Below are positions 52,338 to 62,588 of a DNA stretch of 64,000 nucleotides, in pieces. This DNA is from an uncultured Gammaproteobacteria bacterium (GTDB taxonomy: Bacteria; Pseudomonadota; Gammaproteobacteria; UBA9214), in assembly GCA_963748215.1 (NCBI GenBank), contig CAVVHS010000006.1, positions 988,355 through 1,052,354 on the forward strand. Reading direction: 5' to 3'. Each line of letters starts with the position of its first letter. The first letter of the stretch is position 1. A program made the translations under genes and the position numbers. Under the pieces are notes generated by a model, which had not been told where the DNA came from, searched no databases, and saw only the letters and a program-made list of their open reading frames with translations.

Positions 52338-54274
52338 TTACTTGCTGTCGGCGTCCTTCACTTCTTCGAACTCGGCGTCCACGACATCGTCGTCACCGCC
52401 CGCCGCACCCGCGGCCTTGGCATCACCACCACCGGCCGCCTCGCCCTGCGCCGCCTGTTCCTTGTAGACACGCTCGGCCAGCTTGCCGGATTTCTCGGCC
52501 AGTGCCTCGGTCTTCTGCTTCGATGGCGTCCTTGTCGTCACCCTTCATGGCTTCCTGCAGCGCCTCGATGGCCGCCTCGATGTCCTGCTTCTCGCCCGCC
52601 TCCACCTTGTCAGCCAGGTCCTTGAGCGACTTGTTGGTGGCGTGGATCATGCCATCGGCCTGGTTGCGCGCGTCCACCAGTTCGTGGAACTTGCGGTCCT
52701 CGTCGGCATGCGCCTCGGCGTCCTTGACCATCCGGTCGATCTCCTCGTCCGACAGACCGCTGGAGGCCTTGATCTGGATCGACGTGCTCCTTGCCGGTCG
52801 CCTTGTCCTTGGCCGACACGTGCATGATGCCGTTGGCATCGATGTCGAAGGTCACCTCGATCTGCGGCACACCACGCGGCGCCGGCGGAATGTCGGCCAG
52901 GTCGAAGCGGCCCAGCGACTTGTTGCCCGAGGCCATCTCGCGCTCGCCCTGCAGCACGTGCACGGTCACCGCGGTCTGGTTGTCGTCGGCCGTGGAGAAC
53001 ACCTGCTGTGCCTTGGTCGGGATAGTGGTGTTCTTCTCGATCAGCTTGGTCATGACGCCACCCAGGGTTTCGATACCCAGCGACAGCGGGGTGACGTCCA
53101 GCAGCAGCACGTCCTTGACCTCGCCGCCCAGCACGCCACCCTGGATGGCCGCACCCACGGCGACGGCCTCGTCCGGATTGACGTCCTTGCGCGGCTCCTT
53201 GCCGAAGAAATTCTTCACCATCTCCTGCACCTTGGGCATGCGGGTCTGGCCACCGACCAGGATCACGTCGTCGATGTCCTTCGCCGACAGCCCGGCGTCC
53301 TTCAGCGCCATCTTGCACGGCTCGATGGTGCGATCGATCAGTTCCTCGACCAGCGATTCCAGCTTGGCGCGGGTCAGCTTGATGTTCAGGTGCTTCGGAC
53401 CGCTGGCATCGGCCGTGATGTACGGCAGGTTGACATCGGTCTGCTGGCTGGAAGACAGTTCGATCTTGGCCTTCTCGGCGCCTTCCTTCAGACGCTGCAT
53501 GGCCAGCGGATCACCGCGCAGGTCCATGCCCTGGTCCTTCTTGAACTGGTCGGCCAGGTAGTCGATCAGGCGCTTGTCGAAGTCCTCGCCACCCAGGAAG
53601 GTGTCGCCGTTGGTGGACAGCACCTCGAACTGGTGTTCGCCGTCGACGTCGGCAATCTCGATAATGGAAATATCGAAGGTGCCGCCACCCAGGTCATACA
53701 CGGCGATCTTGGAGTCGCCGCGCTTCTTGTCCATGCCGTAGGCCAGCGCCGCCGCGGTCGGCTCGTTGATGATGCGCTTGACGTCCAGGCCGGCGATGCG
53801 GCCGGCGTCCTTGGTCGCCTGGCGCTGCGAGTCGTTGAAGTAGGCCGGCACCGTGATCACGGCCTCGGTGACCGGCTCACCCAGGTAGTCTTCCGCGGTC
53901 TTCTTCATCTTCTGCAGCACGCGCGCGGAGATTTCCGGCGGCGCCATGTGCTTGCCATGGGCCTCGACCCAGGCATCGCCATTGTCGGCCTTGACGATCT
54001 TGTAGGGCACCAGGTCGATGTCGCGCTGCACCACGTCTTCCTCGAAGCGGCGACCGATCAGGCGCTTGACCGCGTACAGGGTGTTGTGCGGATTGGTCAC
54101 CGCCTGGCGCTTGGCGGCCTGGCCGACCAGCACCTCGTCATCGTCGACATAGGCGACGATGGACGGCGTGGTGCGATCACCCTCGCTGTTCTCGATCACC
54201 TTGGCCTTGCCACCCTCCATCACGGCGACGCAGGAGTTGGTGGTGCCCAGGTCGATTCCGATGATCTTGCCCAT
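52338..54274 (-). CDS. dnaK: Chaperone DnaK (apparent frameshifts near 52783 and 52520)
   Basis: [45 protein letters not shown]. Confidence 0.97.
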
Positions 54275-54338
54275 TTTCTCTAATCTCCATGTAAGTACAT
54301 GTATTATTTGATAATTGAATTAATCTGCCATTACCCTG

Positions 54339-54368
54339 TAAGTGGGGGCGCCGGCACGCGAAATCAAG
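54339..54368 (-). promoter_or_regulatory. Putative sigma32 promoter of dnaK
   Basis: Minus strand CTTGATTT...CCCCACTTA. Confidence 0.6.
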
Positions 54369-54381
54369 CCCGCAACACGGC

Positions 54382-54948
54382 TCAGCCCGGCGCCGGCGCC
54401 TTCGAGACGATGACCATGGCCGGACGGATCAGGCGTTCGTTCAGCAGGTAGCCTTTCTGCACCACCGTGACCACCGTGTTGGGCGCGACGTCGCTGCGCT
54501 CCTGGATCGACATGGCCTGGTGAAACTCCGGGTTGAACGGTTCGTCCACGGGATCCACTTCCTGGATCCGGAACTTGTCCATGGCGCCGGTCAGCATCTG
54601 CAGGGTCAGTTCCACGCCCTCACGCAGCTTGCCGACGTCGGCGCCTTCGGTATCGAATGCGGCCAGCCCCATCTCCATGCTGTCACGCACCGGCAGCAGT
54701 TCGGCGGCAAACCGCTCCAGCGCGAACTTGTGGGCATTGGCCAGATCGCGCTCGGAACGCTTGTGCAGGTTGTCGATTTCGGCCTGCAGGCGCAGGCACT
54801 GGTCCCAGTGGGCATCCGCCTTGCCGCGCGCATCTTCGAGTAACGCAGTCAGCTCGGCATGCTCCGGCGCGATGGCGCCGCTCTCCTCAACCACGCTACC
54901 GGCCGCGTCGACGGCCGCGCCTTCCAGGCCGTTTTCTTTCTCTGCCAT
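54382..54948 (-). CDS. grpE: Nucleotide exchange factor GrpE
   Basis: LRLQAEIDN, LLPVRDS, FNPEFHQAM, QKGYLLNERLIRPAMVIV. Confidence 0.96.
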   Translation of the reverse strand: MAEKENGLEGAAVDAAGSVVEESGAIAPEHAELTALLEDARGKADAHWDQCLRLQAEIDNLHKRSERDLANAHKFALERFAAELLPVRDSMEMGLAAFDTEGADVGKLREGVELTLQMLTGAMDKFRIQEVDPVDEPFNPEFHQAMSIQERSDVAPNTVVTVVQKGYLLNERLIRPAMVIVSKAPAPG

Positions 54949-55025
54949 AGAGTTACTCCCTGTTCCTGAAATTCTTCGCAAGCAACCGGCCGACTTACCT
55001 GTGAGGTTGCCGGTCGCTGCCGAGG

Positions 55026-55053
55026 ATATGGGGCTTATTCCTTGGTATTCAAG
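55026..55053 (-). promoter_or_regulatory. sigma32 promoter of grpE overlapping the hrcA 3' end
   Basis: Minus strand CTTGAA-14 nt-CCCCATAT, consensus match. Confidence 0.8.
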
Positions 55054-56111
55054 GCTGCGCCGAGCAATCGGGCAGTGGCCTCGACGATCGGGATCACACG
55101 ATCATACGCCATGCGCGTGGGCCCGATGACACCCAGCACCCCGAGCACGCGGCCGTTGACGCTGTAGGGCGCGGTCACCATGCTGCACTCATCCAGCATC
55201 CGGTAACCGGACTCCTCGCCAATGAAGATCTGGATACCCTCGCCATGCACGCACTGGTCGAGCAGGTGCAGGATATCGCGCTTGTGGTTGAAGGCCTCGA
55301 ACAGCCTGCGGAGCTTGTCGATGTCGCACAGCTCCTGGAATTCCATCAGGTTGGTCTGGCCGGCCATGATGACATCCTCGTCGCGGTTCCGCTCCAGGAC
55401 CTGGTCGGCCATCTGCATCGCCGTACGCATCATCTCATCCATGTTGGAGCGCGTTTCCTGCATCTCGTGCAGCAGGGTGGCGCGCACCTCGGCGAGATCC
55501 TTGCCGGCAAACAGCTCGTTGAGGTAGTTCGAGGCCTGCTGCAGCTCGGACGCGCTGCATTCCCGCTCCGTCCGGAGCACCCGGTTCTGCACTTCGTCCT
55601 CACCGGTCACGAGGATGGCGAGCACGCGGCGGTCGGACAGTGGCAGGAATTCGACGCGCTTGAAGAGCGGGTGGTCGTGCTTGGGCAGGGTCACCACGCC
55701 GGCGAGCCGGGTAATCCCGGACAGCAGGCTCGAGGCCGACTCCACCAGGCCCTTGGGCGTCTGGTCCAGCTTCAGTTCGGCGCGCATCCGATCCAGCGCA
55801 CGCGCTTCCAGCGGCTGCACAGACAGCAGGGTATCCACGAAGAAGCGGTAGCCCTGCACCGTCGGCACGCGACCGGCCGAGGTATGCGGCGAGGTCACGA
55901 AGCCCAGCTCCTCGAGGTCGGACATGACGTTGCGAATGGTTGCCGGCGACAGCTTCAGACCGGCGTCGCGCGCCAGCGTGCGCGAACCGACCGGCTGGCC
56001 ATCGCGGACGTAATGATCGATCAGCGCCCGGAGCATCTGCTGCGCGCGTTCTGAAAGTTCTGTAGGTGAATCGCTCATGCCATTGATCAGCTTCGATGTC
56101 CTGCCTGACAT
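55035..56111 (-). CDS. hrcA: Heat-inducible transcription repressor HrcA (alternative start ATG 56078)
   Basis: PVGSRTL, SPATIRNVM.DLE, PHTSAGRVPT..GYRFFVD, GVIGPTRM.Y. Confidence 0.96.
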   Translation of the reverse strand: MSGRTSKLINGMSDSPTELSERAQQMLRALIDHYVRDGQPVGSRTLARDAGLKLSPATIRNVMSDLEELGFVTSPHTSAGRVPTVQGYRFFVDTLLSVQPLEARALDRMRAELKLDQTPKGLVESASSLLSGITRLAGVVTLPKHDHPLFKRVEFLPLSDRRVLAILVTGEDEVQNRVLRTERECSASELQQASNYLNELFAGKDLAEVRATLLHEMQETRSNMDEMMRTAMQMADQVLERNRDEDVIMAGQTNLMEFQELCDIDKLRRLFEAFNHKRDILHLLDQCVHGEGIQIFIGEESGYRMLDECSMVTAPYSVNGRVLGVLGVIGPTRMAYDRVIPIVEATARLLGAALNTKE

Positions 56112-56121
56112 GATAGATCAT

Positions 56122-56148
56122 CTGGCACTCCAGGGGATAGAGTGCCAA
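56122..56148. promoter_or_regulatory. CIRCE operator
   Basis: CTGGCACTC-N9-GAGTGCCAA, matching TTAGCACTC-N9-GAGTGCTAA, directly upstream of hrcA. Confidence 0.88.
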
Positions 56149-56245
56149 GCCGTCGCCGCAGCTTGCGCACTGTGCAGCGGGATTAGTTGGCGCACCCGGC
56201 CAGTCGTGATAGTTTCGCTGCCACAACAGTCACCAACAGACCCAG

Positions 56246-57121
56246 ATGACAGCACAATTCTCCCGCGTCGGTCTTATCGGCAAGGCCAATGACCACCAGG
56301 TCGCCCTGACCCTGCAGGCACTGGCCGATTACCTCGACCGCCGGCAGATCGAGTACCTGCTGGATGCCGACGTCGCATCGCTGGTGTCCTGCCCCGGCCA
56401 TCTCGTGGTGGAACGGGCTGCGCTGGCCGGCCAGTGCGACCTCGCCATCGTGGTCGGAGGCGATGGCACCCTGCTGAACGCGGCACGCAGCCTCGCCGAA
56501 CCAGGCGTGTCCGTGCTTGGCGTGAACCTGGGCCGGCTCGGCTTCCTGGTCGACGTGTCACCGGATGAAATGACCGCCCAGCTGGATCGCATCCTGTCCG
56601 GCGAATACCTGCAGGAAGAGCGCACCCTGCTGCATTCCAGTACGAGCCGGGGCGACAGTATCCTTAGCGAGAGCACAGCGCTAAACGACGTGATCGTGCA
56701 CAAGCGCGACATCGCACGCATGATCGAACTGGATACCTGGATCGACGGCCATTTCCTGAACACCACCCGCTCCGACGGCCTGATCGTGGCCACTCCGACC
56801 GGTTCGACCGCCTACGCACTGTCCGGCGGCGGACCGGTGCTGCGTCCGAAGCTGAATGCCATCGCTTTGGTACCGATCTGCCCGCACACGCTGAGCAACC
56901 GGCCCATCGTGATCGATGATGATGCAGTGATCGAGATCGTGCTGCACGACGGCACGCTGGAGGCCACGGTGTCGTGCGACGGCCAGGTCAGCCAGCCGCT
57001 GGAGGCCGGCGATCACGTACGCGTGCAAAAGCACGCTCATACCCTGCGGCTGCTGCATCCACCCGATCATGACTACTTCGCCGTGCTGCGCAAAAAGCTG
57101 CGCTGGAGCGAGCAGCCGTGA
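56246..57121 (+). CDS. nadK: NAD+ kinase
   Basis: GGDGT, GRLGFL, LND, DGLIVATPTGSTAYALSGGGP. Confidence 0.96.
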   Translation: MTAQFSRVGLIGKANDHQVALTLQALADYLDRRQIEYLLDADVASLVSCPGHLVVERAALAGQCDLAIVVGGDGTLLNAARSLAEPGVSVLGVNLGRLGFLVDVSPDEMTAQLDRILSGEYLQEERTLLHSSTSRGDSILSESTALNDVIVHKRDIARMIELDTWIDGHFLNTTRSDGLIVATPTGSTAYALSGGGPVLRPKLNAIALVPICPHTLSNRPIVIDDDAVIEIVLHDGTLEATVSCDGQVSQPLEAGDHVRVQKHAHTLRLLHPPDHDYFAVLRKKLRWSEQP

Positions 57122-57134
57122 CGGCCGACCGGGC

Positions 57135-58865
57135 ATGCTGACCCACATCCACGTCCGCAACCTGGCCATCGTCGACTCGCTCGATGTGGAGCTGGCGGCC
57201 GGCATGACGGCTTTGACCGGCGAGACGGGTGCCGGCAAATCCATCCTGATCGATGCCCTCGGCCTGGTGCTCGGCGACCGCGCCGACAGCAAGGTGGTAC
57301 GCCACGGCGCCGGGCGCGCGGAGATTTCCGCCGTCTTCGACATCGGCACCAACAGCACCGCGGGCGCCTGGCTGCAGGCGCATGACATGGACAGCGACGG
57401 CGAATGCCAGCTGCGGCGCGTCATCAGCCGCGACGGGCGCACGCGCGGCTATATCAACGGCCAGCCGGCCCCGATGCAGTCCCTGCGCGAACTCGGCGAA
57501 CAGCTGGTCGACATCCACGGGCAACATGAGCACCAGTCGCTGCTGCGTCCTGCCGTGCAGCGCCAGTTGCTGGATGCCTGCGGCGGGCACTCCGTCCTGC
57601 TGGCCGGGGTCGCCGGCCTGTACCGCGACTGGCAGGTGGCGCGTACCGCACTGGACGCCGCGATTGCCGATGAAACCGACCGCGATGCACGCCTCGACCT
57701 GTTGCGCTACCAGCTGAACGAACTCGAGGCCCTCGGCCTCGACAGTGCCGAAATCGAGTCCATCGACGAAGAACACGCCCGGCAGGCCAACGCAGGCAAG
57801 CTGCTTGAAACCGCACGGCGCGGCCTGGCCCGGCTCGACTGCGAGGAAGGCGACAGTGCCGCAAGCCTGCTGTCGCGGACACACGGCGAGATCGGTGAAT
57901 TGAGCCGGCTGGATCCCGCACTGGAGGAATCCGCCAGACTGCTCGGCGATGCCATGGTGCTGCTGCGGGAAGGCATCGACGCCCTGAATCATTATGCCGA
58001 ACGACTGGAGATCGATCCGCAACGGCTGCAATGGCTCGAGGAACGCATCGGCGCGCTGCATGACCTCTCGCGCAAGCATCGCTGCAAGCCGCAGGAACTG
58101 CCCGCTGTCGAGGAACGGCTGCGCGCCGAACTCGATGCCATCGAACATGCCGACCAGCACCGCGAGCAACTCGCTGCACGCCTCGAGCGGCTCGAGCGGG
58201 ACTACCTGTCAAGTACAGGGAAACTCACCGCGCAACGCAAGCAGGCCGCCAGCACATTCAGCAGCGAGATCACCGCGGCGATGCAATCGCTGGGCATGGC
58301 CGGCGGTCTGTTCGAGGTGCGCATCGGCACGCGCAAGGATGTGCAGTTCTCGCAGCACGGCGTGGACACAGTCGAGTTCCGGGTCAGTGCCAACAAGGGT
58401 CAGCCGGCACAAGCACTTGCCAGGGTGGCATCCGGCGGCGAACTTTCGCGTATCAGCCTGTCCATCCAGACCCTGTCGGCGGACAGCGGGACCATTCCCA
58501 CGCTGATTTTCGACGAGGTCGACAGTGGCATTGGCGGCGGGGTCGCCGAAATCGTCGGGCGCAAATTGCGCGGCCTTGCCACCGGCCGCCAGGTACTGTG
58601 TGTCACCCACCTGCCGCAGGTCGCGGCGCTTGCACATCACCAGCTGCAGGTCAGCAAGCTGGCCGGGGACGATACCACCATCACACGCATTCGCCCGCTC
58701 ACCGACGAGGAGCGCATCGACGAACTGGCACGCATGCTGGGTGGCGTGACCATCACCCGCCAGACCCGCGAGCATGCCCGTGAAATGATCGACCAGGCAC
58801 AGCAGGCGCCGCCACCGCGCCGCAGCACGCGCGCACGCAGACCAAAGGCGCGCAGCGCGGATTGA
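57135..58865 (+). CDS. recN: DNA repair protein RecN
   Basis: TGETGAGKS, HGQHEHQ, ASGGELSR, IFDEVDSG, THLPQVAA. Confidence 0.97.
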   Translation: MLTHIHVRNLAIVDSLDVELAAGMTALTGETGAGKSILIDALGLVLGDRADSKVVRHGAGRAEISAVFDIGTNSTAGAWLQAHDMDSDGECQLRRVISRDGRTRGYINGQPAPMQSLRELGEQLVDIHGQHEHQSLLRPAVQRQLLDACGGHSVLLAGVAGLYRDWQVARTALDAAIADETDRDARLDLLRYQLNELEALGLDSAEIESIDEEHARQANAGKLLETARRGLARLDCEEGDSAASLLSRTHGEIGELSRLDPALEESARLLGDAMVLLREGIDALNHYAERLEIDPQRLQWLEERIGALHDLSRKHRCKPQELPAVEERLRAELDAIEHADQHREQLAARLERLERDYLSSTGKLTAQRKQAASTFSSEITAAMQSLGMAGGLFEVRIGTRKDVQFSQHGVDTVEFRVSANKGQPAQALARVASGGELSRISLSIQTLSADSGTIPTLIFDEVDSGIGGGVAEIVGRKLRGLATGRQVLCVTHLPQVAALAHHQLQVSKLAGDDTTITRIRPLTDEERIDELARMLGGVTITRQTREHAREMIDQAQQAPPPRRSTRARRPKARSAD

Positions 58866-59044
58866 CGGGCAGCGACTGGAGAGACAGGCAAGACGCCCCC
58901 ACTCCAACGCCCGAAAAACCAGCCGCGGAATGCGCGGGGCAACACCGGGCCGAATCGCGAGGCCGAACCCGAAAAGTGAAGCTGGCCTGAAACCGGCCGA
59001 ATTAACTCACCAGGGGTTCTGACAAACGGCAGGGAAGCTGACAG

Positions 59045-60007
59045 GTGCGCAGTCGAATATACCAGATTCTTGAAATTGCCCGGGCCGATGACCCGGCCAG
59101 TCGCCGCTTCGATATATTCATCGTCCTGCTGATCTCGCTCAACATCCTCGCGCTGGTACTGGAATCCGTCGACGAAATCAGGACCGTGTACTTCGAATGG
59201 TTCTTCTGGTTCGAGATCTTCTCGGTCATCGTGTTCAGCATCGAGTACCTGTTGCGGATATGGTCCTGTGTCGAATCCCGGGACCCGCGTTTCCGGGAAG
59301 GGCTGGCAGGTCGCCTGCGCTTCGCACTGACGCCAATGGCCCTGGTGGACCTGTGCGCGATTCTGCCCTTCTATCTCGGCGTGTTCTTTTCACTCGACCT
59401 GCGTTTTCTGCGCGCGCTGCGCCTGCTGCGTATTTTCAAGCTCACCCGCTATTCGACCGCCATGTCGTCGCTGCTGAAGGTACTGCGTGACGAGGCGCAG
59501 TCATTCGGCGCAGCCTTCCTCATCCTGTTCGTGATCATGATCATCGCCTCCAGCGGGGTTTACCTGTTCGAGCACAAGGCACAGCCCGAGGCCTTCAGCA
59601 ACATTCCGGAAGCAGCCTGGTGGTCGGTGGCGACACTGACCACGGTGGGCTACGGCGACGTCACACCGGTCACAATCGGTGGCAAGATTTTCGGCATTGT
59701 CATCATGATCATCGGCATCGGTATGGTCGCGCTTCCGGCCGGCATCCTGGCCTCGGCCTTTTCCGATGAACTGCGCCAGCGGCGCATCGAATACCGGGAC
59801 CTCGCCGAAACAGTCCTGGAGGACGGCCTGATCACGCCCAAGGAACGGCAGGCCATGGAAGCCACCCGCCTCAAACTCGGCCTCAGCGAGGAAGATGCCG
59901 AGCAGATCTTCAGCCGCATTACCCGGGAGGAACTGCACAAGAGCGGCGTGTGCCCGCATTGCCACAAGCCACTCTATGCGCGACGCAAGAACGACCGGGA
60001 ATCCTGA
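59045..60007 (+). CDS. Voltage-gated-type 6-TM potassium channel (ion transporter)
   Basis: S4 LRFLRALRLLRIFKLTRY, filter TTVGYGD, C-terminal CPHC. Confidence 0.9.
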   Translation: MRSRIYQILEIARADDPASRRFDIFIVLLISLNILALVLESVDEIRTVYFEWFFWFEIFSVIVFSIEYLLRIWSCVESRDPRFREGLAGRLRFALTPMALVDLCAILPFYLGVFFSLDLRFLRALRLLRIFKLTRYSTAMSSLLKVLRDEAQSFGAAFLILFVIMIIASSGVYLFEHKAQPEAFSNIPEAAWWSVATLTTVGYGDVTPVTIGGKIFGIVIMIIGIGMVALPAGILASAFSDELRQRRIEYRDLAETVLEDGLITPKERQAMEATRLKLGLSEEDAEQIFSRITREELHKSGVCPHCHKPLYARRKNDRES

Positions 60008-60111
60008 GAAACACCTTCCTTTTACTTGCCGCGCGAGGCACGCCGTCGCCCATGCCGTATATCCGGACAGGGCTGACTTCCCCGAACAGCCCACGCCACG
60101 GGTGACAGGGT

Positions 60112-60570
60112 ATGACTGGAAAACCGGGATTCATACTGGCACTGTGGCTGGCAGCAGCCGGAACCTGCTGCGGCGACGAACACGCCACCTGCACCGACAC
60201 CGACTACGACTGGCATGCGCTTGCAACAGACGCGTTGCGCACCATCGCCGGGAACTGCAGATCGGGGGCATTTGCGGAACTCAACTACCACCGCGCCTAT
60301 TTACAGGACCTGCTGGGCGAAAACGCCGCCGTCTCGGGTCTGATTTCCTACCCGGCCGCACGGGAACCGAACATGGAATCCCACGCTGTGCACATGCTGC
60401 TGCTCGAGCAGCTGGCGCCGCTGTATTATCCCTCGGCAAGGGAGCGCGCAGCTTTCCTCAATGCAGAATACGAGATCAGGAACGAAATTGCGGAATTGTG
60501 GCTGCGTGGCTACGGCACGCTGGCGACCCGACTCAGTGAACAGCGCACGCACAACACGCCGGCCAGGTAG
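60112..60570 (+). CDS. Hypothetical exported protein
   Basis: 152-aa ORF with signal-peptide-like N-terminus filling the gap; no recognised family. Confidence 0.55.
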   Translation: MTGKPGFILALWLAAAGTCCGDEHATCTDTDYDWHALATDALRTIAGNCRSGAFAELNYHRAYLQDLLGENAAVSGLISYPAAREPNMESHAVHMLLLEQLAPLYYPSARERAAFLNAEYEIRNEIAELWLRGYGTLATRLSEQRTHNTPAR

Positions 60571-60579
60571 CCTGCGAGG

Positions 60580-60993
60580 CTACTTACCCTGGCATTCCTT
60601 GCAGATACCGTACATGTACAGGCAGTGGTCGGTCATTTCATAGCCGAGTTCACTGGCAATCGCGCGCTGGCGCTTTTCGATGGTTTCGTCGACAAACTCG
60701 TCAACGCGACCGCATTTGAGGCAGACGATATGGTCGTGGTGGCCACCCTCGTCGAGCTCGAACACCGAATGCCCACCCTCGAAGTGGTGACGCTTGACGA
60801 TGCCGGCCGATTCGAACTGGGTCAGCACCCGGTAGACCGTCGCCAGCCCGATATCCTCGCCTTCCTCGAGCAGCGCCTTGTAGACATCCTCGGCACTGTG
60901 GTGCCGGCTGCTGCTGGCCTCCAGGATATCCAGGATCTTCATCCTGGGCAGGGTGACTTTCAGTCCGGCCTTGCGTAATTCACTGGATTCCAA
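60580..60993 (-). CDS. fur: Ferric uptake regulator
   Basis: GLKVTLPR, IGLATVYRVL.QF, HHDH.VC..CG; divergent from bamE. Confidence 0.96.
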   Translation of the reverse strand: MESSELRKAGLKVTLPRMKILDILEASSSRHHSAEDVYKALLEEGEDIGLATVYRVLTQFESAGIVKRHHFEGGHSVFELDEGGHHDHIVCLKCGRVDEFVDETIEKRQRAIASELGYEMTDHCLYMYGICKECQGK

Positions 60994-61076
60994 TGTGTAT
61001 TCTCCTCTGATGATGCCAACGGACCTGGACTTGGGGTATCATGCGGCCGGTGCCGAGCGAGTTCACTGGTTCCCGG

Positions 61077-61550
61077 ATGAAAAAGCTGCTGATTATTATA
61101 GTCCCCTTTGCCTGCCTGTGGCTGACTGCCTGCTCCATCGCCGACTGGAGACTGGTGCACCGTATCGACGTGCAACAGGGAAATGTGATCGATCAGGACG
61201 CACTCAACCAGCTGCATCCCGGCATGACGCGCCGGCAGGTGCAGTTCGTGATCGGCTCACCCATGGTCGCGGACGCCTTCCACCAGGACCGCTGGGACTA
61301 CATTTACCGCATGCAACCCGGCACGGGCAAAGTCTCGAAAGAGCACATCACGCTGTACTTCGAGAACGATACACTGGCGCGTATCAGCGGCACCCTGCAC
61401 CCCGAAGCACCTGCCGGTGACGGCACGGTGCCGGCACGCGAACAGGTAACGCTGGTCGTACCGCCCGAGGAACGCATTCCACCCGGCCTGCTGAATCGCT
61501 TCTGGCACTGGATCACCTTCAGCAAGCTTGACGACAGCGGGATCAAGTAG
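61077..61550 (+). CDS. bamE: Outer membrane assembly lipoprotein BamE
   Basis: Lipobox LTAC, IDVQQGN, GMTRRQV.F..GSP, RWDYIY. Confidence 0.93.
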   Translation: MKKLLIIIVPFACLWLTACSIADWRLVHRIDVQQGNVIDQDALNQLHPGMTRRQVQFVIGSPMVADAFHQDRWDYIYRMQPGTGKVSKEHITLYFENDTLARISGTLHPEAPAGDGTVPAREQVTLVVPPEERIPPGLLNRFWHWITFSKLDDSGIK

Positions 61551-61793
61551 CCCGCATTTCTCACCGGGATCCCGGATGCTGGCGCAGGGCTCGCGTGTCC
61601 GGACGCCGCTCTGGAATGAAAGTGGTAGCCGTAGCTACCACTTGAGTGAAGAGCAAGTACGGGCATGCGAGAACCAGCCAGGGCCGGGATAGGCGGTGGC
61701 CGATAACACACTGTTTGTTGGCGAATGGGTATTAGCTTCATGGTTTCAGCTCATTATGTCGGATAACAGCCGCCCGGTGAGAAATGCGGGCTA
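61548..61793. mobile_element. MITE with perfect 19-bp terminal inverted repeats flanked by TA
   Basis: TA|GCCCGCATTTCTCACCGGG ... CCCGGTGAGAAATGCGGGC|TA; internal hairpin aagtggtagc-cgta-gctaccactt; no transposase. Confidence 0.8.
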
Positions 61794-61811
61794 GCCCGCG
61801 CGAATCGCGGC

Positions 61812-62138
61812 TCATTCGCTGTCGGCGGCAGCGGCGCCCTTCTTCATCACCTTGCCCTCGGCGGCACGCTTTTTCCTGACTTCCTTGGGATCGGCAATCA
61901 ACGGCCGGTAGATTTCCACCCGATCGCCCGGCTGCAGGGTATCGCCCAACCTGCCCGGCTTGCCGAACACACCAACCTTGTTTGTGGCGAGATCGATATC
62001 CGGGAATTGCTCGAGGATACCGGATGCACGAATCGTGCTTTCAAGCGTCGCGTCCGGCGCCACCATCAGCTTCAGGATGACCTGTTTCTGCGGCAGCGCA
62101 TAGGCGACCTCGACGGGAATCCTGTCAGCGTTTTCCAT
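61812..62138 (-). CDS. ratB: RnfH/RatB family ubiquitin-like protein
   Basis: [31 protein letters not shown]. Confidence 0.9.
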   Translation of the reverse strand: MENADRIPVEVAYALPQKQVILKLMVAPDATLESTIRASGILEQFPDIDLATNKVGVFGKPGRLGDTLQPGDRVEIYRPLIADPKEVRKKRAAEGKVMKKGAAAADSE

Positions 62139-62577
62139 ACACGTCTACCGCGCGCTGCCGGAATGCATCGACCAGGGAATTGGCGATCTTGTTGAACACC
62201 GGCCCGGTCACCATGCTCACCAGCCTGCTGGAAAAGTCGTATTCCAGGTCGAGGGAAATCTTGCAGCCGGCATCGCCCAGCGGCTCGAAACGCCAGCCGC
62301 CTTCCAGCCGGCTGAACGGCCCGTCCACCAGCTGCATGAGGATGGCCTCATTCGCGACCAGGCGGTTGCGGGTGGTAAATGATTTCGATACGCCGCTCAC
62401 CGAGAAAGCGATGCGCGCCTGCACCTCGTCATCCACGCGCGACAATGTCCGCGCGGCGCTGCACCAGGGCAGGAATTGCGGATAGGTATCGACGTCACTG
62501 ACCAGTGCGAACATTTCCTGCTGCGTGTAGGGCACCAGCGCCGAGCGTATGATGTGTTCCAAGTCCAGTACCTGCAT
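62125..62577 (-). CDS. ratA: RatA/Coq10 START-domain protein
   Basis: RSALVPY...[30 protein letters not shown]. Confidence 0.92.
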   Translation of the reverse strand: MQVLDLEHIIRSALVPYTQQEMFALVSDVDTYPQFLPWCSAARTLSRVDDEVQARIAFSVSGVSKSFTTRNRLVANEAILMQLVDGPFSRLEGGWRFEPLGDAGCKISLDLEYDFSSRLVSMVTGPVFNKIANSLVDAFRQRAVDVYGKR

Positions 62578-62588
62578 TCGTCAAGTCT

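Noticed and set aside
54302-54328. Fur box upstream of dnaK
   Set aside because: AT-rich leader with only one GATAAT half-site and a poor inverted partner.
61812-62577. Novel toxin-antitoxin system
   Set aside because: Standard ratA-ratB pair next to bamE; RatA is a Coq10-like START protein.
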